Part shown: piece after piece, positions 21,533 to 28,365 of the stretch
Position numbering within the stretch: the stretch's first letter is position 1
Layout: every line of letters starts with the position of its first letter
Assembly: GCF_000341895.1 (NCBI RefSeq)
Contig: NC_020409.1
Location: 3,182,411-3,214,410, forward strand
Origin: Pseudodesulfovibrio piezophilus C1TLV30
GTDB taxonomy: Bacteria > Desulfobacterota > Desulfovibrionia > Desulfovibrionales > Desulfovibrionaceae
Direction: 5' to 3'
DNA: 32,000 bases
Notes under the pieces: model-generated
Seen by the model: only the letters and a program-made list of their open reading frames with translations
Databases searched by the model: none
Told to the model about the DNA's origin: nothing
Made by a program: the position numbers and the translations under genes

Positions 21533-22708
21533 ATGAATGAGCGTACTGTCACTGTCGAGGGTGATAACGATCTTGTCGCGGCACGGAAAAGAGCAGCTCT
21601 TTCGGTACTGCTCAACATGATACTTGCTCTGGTAAAAGGTGGTGCCGGGATTCTTTCCGGCAGTGCCGCCCTTATAGGTGATGCGGTCCACTCCGCGGCC
21701 GATGTTTTTGCATCCGGGGCTGCACTTGTCGGTCTGTGGATTGCCGGTAAAAAGCACCCGTCATTTCCTTTCGGATTATACAAGGCCGAAAATATCGCGA
21801 CGTTGGTCATTGCTTTGGCCGTGATTATGGTTGCGTACGAGATTGGCCGGGATGCGCTCATTGGTGGTGAAACCATACCGGACACTGCTCTTGCCTTGCC
21901 GGTTGCCATTGGCTCGTTGATTGTTGCCGTTGTCTTTGGGCTTTTTCAGCTTCGATGCGGGAAAAAACTTGGGTCCCCGGCCTTGATCGCCGATGCGCGG
22001 GACTATCTGGTGGATGGTGCATCCACGGGAGTGGTGATCATTGGTTTGATCGGAGCCAGTTTTGGTTTTGCTTTGGATCGATGGGCTGCCGGTGCGGTTT
22101 CACTTTTTGTGCTTTGGGCCGGTTTCGAGCTTTTGGTTGATGCGGTGCGAGATTTACTTGATGCCGCCATGCCTCGGGAGTTGGTGCACGATCTCAGTTC
22201 GCTTGTGGAAAAACAACCTTTGGTCTCACGAGTGCTCGGCTGTGTCGGGCGGCAGGCCGGTGGTCGTTATATCGCCAATCTTGATATCCTTCTGCGCACC
22301 AATGACCATCTGGTCGCTGACAGGGTGGCAGATCGTCTGGAAGTGCTGGTGAAGAAAGAGTTTCCGCGAATTGTCATGGTCCATGTGAGGACACACTTCG
22401 GACACAGTGAGTCTCATCGACGGATCACGCCTGTCATTGATCATGGTGGAGCCATGGCCGAAGGACTGGCTTCTGCCCCTTGGTTCATGGTGGAGGATTT
22501 GGATGGACAGACCAAAGCAGTTACCGAGTGCGCATTTGTCAGGAATCCTCACAGGGATGCGCCTAAACGTCGTGGACTGATGGTCGGGCAGATGCTTATG
22601 GAGCTTAAACCTGATCAGGTCATCAGGCCTGATGGACATGCCGGAACAGCTCTTGCCCTGTTGGAAGAGGCCGGAGTGGATATTCTCCGTATAGGTGAGG
22701 AAAAGTAA
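21533..22708 (+). CDS. Cation diffusion facilitator (CDF) transporter fused to a C-terminal NifX/NifB-like (FeMo-cofactor-binding family) domain
   Basis: 391 aa. CDF TM2 motif SAALIGDAVHSAAD and TM5 motif LIADARDYLVD. The cytoplasmic CDF C-domain covers LLDAAMP...IVMVHV. From about H295 (nt 22415) there is an extra module of about 95 aa (ITPVIDHGG...APWFMVEDLDGQ...FVRNPH...LKPDQVI...ALLEEAGVDILR) whose pattern resembles the dinitrogenase Fe-Mo cofactor biosynthesis (NifX/NafY/NifB-C) fold. Confidence 0.8.
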   Translation: MNERTVTVEGDNDLVAARKRAALSVLLNMILALVKGGAGILSGSAALIGDAVHSAADVFASGAALVGLWIAGKKHPSFPFGLYKAENIATLVIALAVIMVAYEIGRDALIGGETIPDTALALPVAIGSLIVAVVFGLFQLRCGKKLGSPALIADARDYLVDGASTGVVIIGLIGASFGFALDRWAAGAVSLFVLWAGFELLVDAVRDLLDAAMPRELVHDLSSLVEKQPLVSRVLGCVGRQAGGRYIANLDILLRTNDHLVADRVADRLEVLVKKEFPRIVMVHVRTHFGHSESHRRITPVIDHGGAMAEGLASAPWFMVEDLDGQTKAVTECAFVRNPHRDAPKRRGLMVGQMLMELKPDQVIRPDGHAGTALALLEEAGVDILRIGEEK

Positions 22709-22742
22709 GACGCCTTCAATAATAAAAAGCGCAGGCGTCTTA
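22706..22742. terminator. Hairpin between convergent genes (weak candidate bidirectional terminator)
   Basis: TAAGACGCC ... GGCGTCTTA form a 9-bp stem with a 19-nt A-rich loop. It starts at the CDF stop codon. Confidence 0.3.
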
Positions 22743-22760
22743 CCGTTTGATTTGAGCGGG

Positions 22761-23192
22761 CTACTTGGCGAGCGTGCGACGGTTCTGATAGATGTGCATT
22801 CCGAGCAGGCTGAGGAATGCGCTGCCCGCCACAACATGCCAGCGTTCGGAATAGTAGACGATTCCGATGGCTGCAATCAAGGATGCCGCTAACCCTCGCT
22901 TGACGTATCTGCGCGCCTTGCGGCCATTGAGTGTCTTCTGGGCACTGGCCATATTGGCCTTGACCTTGTTCATGTCGATGCCAAGGCCTTCGGCGATCTT
23001 GGTCAGAATATTCTCGGCAGTGATTTTGGTCTTGTCGAAAAGAATGAGAATGCTTCCCACACGTTTGTTGACCTGTACCTGAATCACCCCTTTGACTTCC
23101 AGCAGGGAATCTCGGACCTTGTAACCGAAATCGGCAACTTTGAGGGCCTCGTTTCTGAACCGGATACGTCCTTCTTCTGCGACTGCGTTCAT
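22761..23192 (-). CDS. Cys-less HMA-like (GRIR-motif) domain protein with an Arg-rich linker and two C-terminal TM helices
   Basis: 143 aa from ATG 23192, with SD AAGGAGAGAGAC upstream. The track start at 23225 is a GTG. Sequence reads EEGRIRFRNEALK...VKGVIQVQVNKRVGSILILFD, then RKARRYVKRG, then LAASLIAAIGIVYY and VVAGSAFLSLLGMHIY. Confidence 0.6.
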   Translation of the reverse strand: MNAVAEEGRIRFRNEALKVADFGYKVRDSLLEVKGVIQVQVNKRVGSILILFDKTKITAENILTKIAEGLGIDMNKVKANMASAQKTLNGRKARRYVKRGLAASLIAAIGIVYYSERWHVVAGSAFLSLLGMHIYQNRRTLAK

Positions 23193-23267
23193 GTCTCTCT
23201 CCTTGCTTTGTAACTGTGCTGTCACAAATAGAGTTTTGCACGAAAAGGCGAAGGGGTGTCAATCATC

Positions 23268-23286
23268 GGGAATTATTATCAACAAT
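23268..23286 (-). promoter_or_regulatory. Fur-box-like sequence upstream of the HMA-like membrane protein gene
   Basis: The minus-strand sequence ATTGTTGATAATAATTCCC matches 12/19 of the classical Fur box and has a perfect TGATAAT core. It lies 76-94 nt upstream of ATG 23192. Confidence 0.3.
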
Positions 23287-23366
23287 CATGTTTTTTGCGA
23301 GAAAATCAGTGCATTTTCAGCAGACTGAATTGGTTGTCCTGTATTTAGAATGCCATGTCGTGCCGA

Positions 23367-24746
23367 TTAGTAAGAATACGGCAGAGTGATATTCATGCAC
23401 ACACATCCGGATTCATAGGTTGCCTGAATGGTTCCGCCATGCTTCTCAACTATTTTTTTTGTTGCAGCCAATCCTAGCCCTGTGCCTGCTTCCCTGCCTT
23501 TGTCCAGTCGTTGAAAGGGGGTGAACATGTCAACCAGATCTTTTTTCGACAGTGGGGCATGGGAATTACTCAGGTTTATTTCGATATTCCCATCATGCAA
23601 AGCGACTCGCGCTGACATGGTGCCGTTCGGGGCAGTGTATTTGATGGCATTGCCAAGCAGATTTTCCAGAACAACACTGATTGCGTGGGCGTTGCACACG
23701 TATCCCGGAATACCCTCAAGGCTGGTGGTCACGGTCAGGGCTTTCTGTTCAATCATGGTATCGAATTGATCGATCTTGTGCTGGAAGCACTGTGCGACAT
23801 CTATGGAATCAGTTCGTGGTGGCGGTTCTCGGAGATCAAGCTTTGAAAAGGCGAGCAAATGACCGATAATGGCATCCATGTTCTCGATTTCATTTTCTAT
23901 CTTTGCAACTTGTCGATCAAGGGTATCCTTGGCACTGGTTGTATCCCTTTCCATGATCAACTGCAGGGAGATGCGCATCCTGGCGAGGGGGGATCGCAAC
24001 TCATGCGAAACATGTGCTGTCAGTTCCTTGCCGCTTTTCACCATTTCTTCCAAATGATTGGCCATACGGTTGAACTTGCGGGCGAGAACCGCGACTTCAT
24101 CCTTGCCTTTTTCCGGCACTCGTTGGGAAAAATCTCCTTTTCCAAGACGGTCCGCCGCTTCACTCAATTGCAGGATGGGACGGGTTATTCGTCTTGAGAC
24201 GGGAATGATGAACAGGGCACTGAGTGCGGTGAGAAGAAGTAACCCCTTGAAAAACCATACTTCTTCCTTGCGTTGTCGCTTGCCCATGAGAACATGGGTG
24301 GTCAGCGGCGGCTGATTGCGCAAAACCATGGGCATTTCGATGTATATTCTGCGATATGAGTTGGTGTGTATCGCAAAGAGTTTGACCGATGTCCCTTCCA
24401 GCGTGACAGGTGATAACTCTCCATCCACTTCAGGAGGGGTTCCTTCGAAGTTGCTGACTATCAGGTTTTTTGCGTCATCCGTCAGCCAGATGTGGGCATT
24501 GAACCCTTTACCCAGCAATTTTAGAAGAGGAGTGAGTGTTCGCTTAATGGATTGGGGAGAGGTTTCCTTCCCTTCCATCTCCCTCTGGATGAGCATGGCC
24601 CCCAGTTCTGCTTTTTCCACCAGATTCCGAATCATTGGTGGTGGCATTTCATTGGAAAGGACAATGCTGAAGACAATGGCATCCGCCGCTATGAGAACAG
24701 CGACAAAAGCCAGGAAGAGTTTGAGGTAGAGGCGGCTGATGCTCAT
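23367..24746 (-). CDS. Sensor histidine kinase (periplasmic sensor, HAMP, HisKA, HATPase)
   Basis: 459 aa. TM1, a periplasmic region of about 150 aa, TM2, and HAMP (ITRPILQLSEAADRLGKGDFSQRV). H-box AHVSHELRSPLARM, N-box LLGNAIKY, G-boxes GTGLGLAATKKIVEKHGG. Confidence 0.9.
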   Translation of the reverse strand: MSISRLYLKLFLAFVAVLIAADAIVFSIVLSNEMPPPMIRNLVEKAELGAMLIQREMEGKETSPQSIKRTLTPLLKLLGKGFNAHIWLTDDAKNLIVSNFEGTPPEVDGELSPVTLEGTSVKLFAIHTNSYRRIYIEMPMVLRNQPPLTTHVLMGKRQRKEEVWFFKGLLLLTALSALFIIPVSRRITRPILQLSEAADRLGKGDFSQRVPEKGKDEVAVLARKFNRMANHLEEMVKSGKELTAHVSHELRSPLARMRISLQLIMERDTTSAKDTLDRQVAKIENEIENMDAIIGHLLAFSKLDLREPPPRTDSIDVAQCFQHKIDQFDTMIEQKALTVTTSLEGIPGYVCNAHAISVVLENLLGNAIKYTAPNGTMSARVALHDGNIEINLSNSHAPLSKKDLVDMFTPFQRLDKGREAGTGLGLAATKKIVEKHGGTIQATYESGCVCMNITLPYSY

Positions 24747-25462
24747 GATGCCCCCAGGAACATATACCCTGTTCCCCAGACAGTTTTGATGCGACTGGCG
24801 TGCGCTTCATACGGCTTGAGCAGGGAACGAAGCTTGTGGACATGGACATCAATGCTGCGGTCAAAGGCGGAAAAATCCTTGTCCCAGACCAGATTCATCA
24901 ATTCGTCGCGGGTCATGGCGGTATCCGGGTTATTCATGAAGACCTTGAGCAGTCGATACTCCGTGGCGGACAGTTCCAGTTCATCTTCTTCGACTGTCAC
25001 GACCTGGCGGGCAGTATTCAGGCTGAGTCCGCCACACTCGATCAGTCTGGTCGAGTGTCTGGTGCCGTTCTCAGAGGCGATAATTTCGTACCGTCTCAGG
25101 ATTGCTTTGATTCTGGCTAATAATTCTCTGGGGTTGAATGGCTTGGGCATATAGTCGTCTGCCCCCAGTTCCAGGCCGACGATACGGTCCGTATCTTCTC
25201 CCTTGGCCGTCAGCATGATCACAGGGACCGATGAAACAGTCCTCAGTTCGCCCAGCACCTGCAAACCATCTTTGCCCGGCATCATGATGTCGAGAATGAC
25301 CAGACATGGCTTTTCTGCTGTGACGGTTTCCACCACCTTTTCTCCCGAGGGGAGTGTGAGCACTTTGAACCCGTAGCCCGTCAAGTACTCGGTGATGAGT
25401 TCCCGGAGTTCATCATCGTCATCAATTATGAGAATCGCGCCATTGTTATCCATGGTGTTCAC
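24743..25462 (-). CDS. OmpR/PhoB-family response regulator
   Basis: 239 aa. Receiver domain with ILIIDDDDELRE, LVILDIMMPGKDG and MLTAKG. Winged-helix output domain with LSATEYRLLKVF and IKTVWGTGYMF. The listed start is GTG at 25462, and an in-frame ATG lies at 25453. The gene overlaps the kinase gene by 4 nt. Confidence 0.9.
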   Translation of the reverse strand: MNTMDNNGAILIIDDDDELRELITEYLTGYGFKVLTLPSGEKVVETVTAEKPCLVILDIMMPGKDGLQVLGELRTVSSVPVIMLTAKGEDTDRIVGLELGADDYMPKPFNPRELLARIKAILRRYEIIASENGTRHSTRLIECGGLSLNTARQVVTVEEDELELSATEYRLLKVFMNNPDTAMTRDELMNLVWDKDFSAFDRSIDVHVHKLRSLLKPYEAHASRIKTVWGTGYMFLGAS

Positions 25463-25504
25463 TTACCTTCTGTCAGAGCATCGGAAAAGCCTCATTTCAT
25501 ACAT

Positions 25505-25520
25505 TTAACAGTTATTAACA
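25505..25520. promoter_or_regulatory. Direct repeat TTAACA-N4-TTAACA in the divergent TCS/RND intergenic region (candidate response-regulator site)
   Basis: The hexamers lie at 25505-25510 and 25515-25520 with an exact 10-bp period. This spacing is typical of OmpR-family tandem half-sites. Confidence 0.35.
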
Positions 25521-25601
25521 CTTTTTATCATCCTCCAAAAACTCTGCCAACATTTTAGGCATAGGAATCAGGGTATGAAATCAACATTGGAGATCTGATC
25601 C

Positions 25602-27095
25602 GTGACTCACAAACCTGTTTTTGTCTCTTTTTTCCCGGCGGTGTTTTTTCTTGCCGGAATTCTCCTGCTGCCAGGATGTTCTCCATTCAGGCCGTCCGCC
25701 CGAGATATCGACCCTGCCCCTCTTCCTGTGGGCTTCACCATGTATTCGGAGAAGCCGACCGCTCCGGACCGGTGGTGGGAACAATTCGGCAATGCCGAAC
25801 TGAATGGGTTCGTGCAACAAGCTCTTTCGGCTAATTTTGATATCGAGGCAGCCTGGGCACGTCTGCGTCAGACCCGAGCCACTGCGGTGCAAACCGGGGC
25901 AGACAAGTATCCGACACTGGATGGCAGTGCGGGATATAGCCACACGAGGGCTGGTACGGACTCTTCCACCGGAGGTCGTTCCATCACGACCACGGAGGAG
26001 CATACCTTAGGGCTAAGTGCCGGGTATGAGCTTGACCTGTGGGGCCGGGTGGCTGCAGAGGCTTCGGCCGGAGAACTGGATGCACAGGTGAGCCGAGAGG
26101 ACTTGAACACTGCAGCCATGACCGTGGCCGGTGAAGTGGTCTCCAAGTGGATACAGATTCAGGCCCAGCGAAAAGAAAAGCGCATTTTGACGGAACAGAT
26201 AAAAGCCAATCAGACCTACCTCGAACTCATCGAGCTTCGCTTTCGAAACTCCCTGGCAACAGCTCTTGATGTTTATCAGCAGAGAGAGACCGTTGCCAAG
26301 GTCAAGGCAGAGCTCCCTCCCGTGGAGTCCGAGGAGCAGATCCTCTTGCACGAACTCGCGATTCTGCTAGGTCGCCCTGCCGGGTCCGTGGAAGTGGCGG
26401 ATGCCTCTCTCCCGGGTCTTTCCGCTCTTCCCGGACTCGGTCTCCCGTCCGATCTGCTTGCCAATAGACCGGATATCCGGTCGGCTGGTCTGGCGCTACG
26501 ATCTGCTGACTGGTCCGTGGCTGCTGCCCGTGCCAACCGACTTCCCTCTCTTTCTCTGGGGCTTGACGGTCAGTATTCCGGGGCACAGGTCGGGACGATT
26601 TTTGACAACTGGATGTTTGCCCTGGCCGGGTCCGTGACAGGACCTATCTTTGATGGCGGCTATCTGAAGGCTGAAGTTGAAAAGGCACGAGGAGTGGTTG
26701 ATGAACGGCTGGCTGACTACAAGTCCGCTGTCTATACGGCATTCAAGGAAGTGGAAGACGCCCTGATACAGGAAAAATGGCAGCGCAGGTATATCATTGC
26801 TCGGCGCGCTCAGTTGGAGGCCGCCAAGGTCAATCTGGACGAAGCCATTTCTCGATATACTCAGGGGCTTGAAGATTATCTACCGGTCCTGACGGCTCTG
26901 TTGTCCGTACAGGATCTGGAAATTTCCGAGGTCGAGGATCAGACCGATCTTCTCCTCTACCGCGTTGCCCTGTACAGGGCCTTGGGTGGTTCCTGGACCG
27001 ATGAACTGAAACCGCCGATCTCGACCTCTGATTCGTCGGCTACCCCGGCTCCAGGCTCTCCTGCTCCAGTAATGCAAACCAAGACCAATGGATAA
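25602..27095 (+). CDS. RND efflux outer-membrane factor lipoprotein (NodT/OprM family)
   Basis: 497 aa with a GTG start. Lipobox LLLPGC. Two OEP-type repeats, with a typical WWxxFxD-like start (RWWEQFGNAELNGFV) and YRALGGSW near the C-terminus. Confidence 0.9.
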   Translation: MTHKPVFVSFFPAVFFLAGILLLPGCSPFRPSARDIDPAPLPVGFTMYSEKPTAPDRWWEQFGNAELNGFVQQALSANFDIEAAWARLRQTRATAVQTGADKYPTLDGSAGYSHTRAGTDSSTGGRSITTTEEHTLGLSAGYELDLWGRVAAEASAGELDAQVSREDLNTAAMTVAGEVVSKWIQIQAQRKEKRILTEQIKANQTYLELIELRFRNSLATALDVYQQRETVAKVKAELPPVESEEQILLHELAILLGRPAGSVEVADASLPGLSALPGLGLPSDLLANRPDIRSAGLALRSADWSVAAARANRLPSLSLGLDGQYSGAQVGTIFDNWMFALAGSVTGPIFDGGYLKAEVEKARGVVDERLADYKSAVYTAFKEVEDALIQEKWQRRYIIARRAQLEAAKVNLDEAISRYTQGLEDYLPVLTALLSVQDLEISEVEDQTDLLLYRVALYRALGGSWTDELKPPISTSDSSATPAPGSPAPVMQTKTNG

Positions 27096-28365
27096 AAACA
27101 TGACTCAAAAAGAACGCCGGTTTTCCGGTCTATTTAGCGTAAAAATCCTGATTCCGACCGTGATCCTTTTGACTGCGGCCATGGGAGCTTACGTCATGAT
27201 CAAGACTGCACCCAAAGCTCATCGGGTCGCTCCTGTGACCATACTGCCGACTGTGGAGGTCGCGACCTACGAGAAAGGATCGCACGCCATCGGTCTTTCG
27301 GTCATGGGCACTGTGGTAGCGGCTAATGAAGTGACATTGGTTTCCCGCTTGTCCGGAGAAATCGTGTCTGTCAGTGATTCATTTCTGCCGGGTGGATTCT
27401 TTCGAAAGGGCGATGAGGTCCTGCGTATTGACCCCAAGGATTATGAGCTTGCGTTGCGTGAAACCAAAGCGGATATGGTCACGGCTGAGTATGATCTCAA
27501 GGTGGAGCAAGGGTATCAGAACGTCGCAGGGCGGGAATGGAATCTGCTCAAGAAGTCGGCCAAGGGAACGGAACAGGAAGCTGAACTTGCTTTGAGAAAA
27601 CCTCACCTGCTCAAGGCTCAGGCGGACCTGGAAGCGGCCAAAGCTCAGGTGGAGCAGGCTGAAATAAACTTGCAGCGGACGAAGGTGACGGCTCCCTTCG
27701 CCTCCATGATTGAGTCAAAAAGCTCTGATATCGGGGCAACCGTGGCTGCGCAGGAAGCGCTGGCGACCATTGTTGGGACGGATGAATTCTGGGTTGAGGT
27801 TTCAGTGCCGGTGGATCGTCTCGACCATATCACCTTTCCCATGGCTGATGGCACGGTCGGTTCAAAAACCACTGTTTATAACGGGAAAGACGAGACCTCC
27901 GCACGCAGGGAAGGGCATGTCATTCGATTACTCCCGTCATTGGAGAGTGAAGGGCGCATGGCCCGTGTCCTGATTTCCATTGCGGACCCCCTTAATCTGA
28001 AAGGCGATCCTTCGCTCAAACCCATTCTGCTTGGCAGCTATGTCAAGGTGGTCATTGCCGGTGGGGAAATCGCGGATTCATATGCCATTCCCAGAAAAGT
28101 CTTCCGCGACAACAGCAAAATATGGGTTCTTGGTCAGGATGGCACTTTGGACATCCGCACGGTGAACCCTGTTTGGCGTGATGCACAGACCATTCTGCTC
28201 AAGGAAGGCCTGATGCCCGGCGAACAGGTCGTCCTCTCTTCCCTGACCGCCCCCATGCAAGGCATGAAGCTTCAGGCCGCATCCGATACAGCCGTAACGG
28301 TCAAGACCACGGTTTCGGTAGAAGCGAAAAATGATCTGGCAGCCGAGGTCAGCCATGGCGAATAA
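27088..28365 (+). CDS. RND efflux periplasmic adaptor (membrane fusion protein)
   Basis: 425 aa. N-terminal anchor helix, a coiled-coil hairpin (LLKAQADLEAAKAQVEQAEINLQRTKVTAPF), and barrel domains. The start overlaps the outer-membrane-factor stop (27088-27095). Confidence 0.9.
   Translation: MDKNMTQKERRFSGLFSVKILIPTVILLTAAMGAYVMIKTAPKAHRVAPVTILPTVEVATYEKGSHAIGLSVMGTVVAANEVTLVSRLSGEIVSVSDSFLPGGFFRKGDEVLRIDPKDYELALRETKADMVTAEYDLKVEQGYQNVAGREWNLLKKSAKGTEQEAELALRKPHLLKAQADLEAAKAQVEQAEINLQRTKVTAPFASMIESKSSDIGATVAAQEALATIVGTDEFWVEVSVPVDRLDHITFPMADGTVGSKTTVYNGKDETSARREGHVIRLLPSLESEGRMARVLISIADPLNLKGDPSLKPILLGSYVKVVIAGGEIADSYAIPRKVFRDNSKIWVLGQDGTLDIRTVNPVWRDAQTILLKEGLMPGEQVVLSSLTAPMQGMKLQAASDTAVTVKTTVSVEAKNDLAAEVSHGE

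Noticed and set aside
16749-23290. Interpretation as a magnetosome gene island
   Set aside because: CDF, Gly-rich and acidic proteins are reminiscent of MamB/M and Mms proteins. However, the window has no MamK-like actin, MamA TPR protein, MamE/O proteases, MamI/L/Q or mad genes. The central pump is a P-type ATPase, which fits a ferrosome-type locus better.
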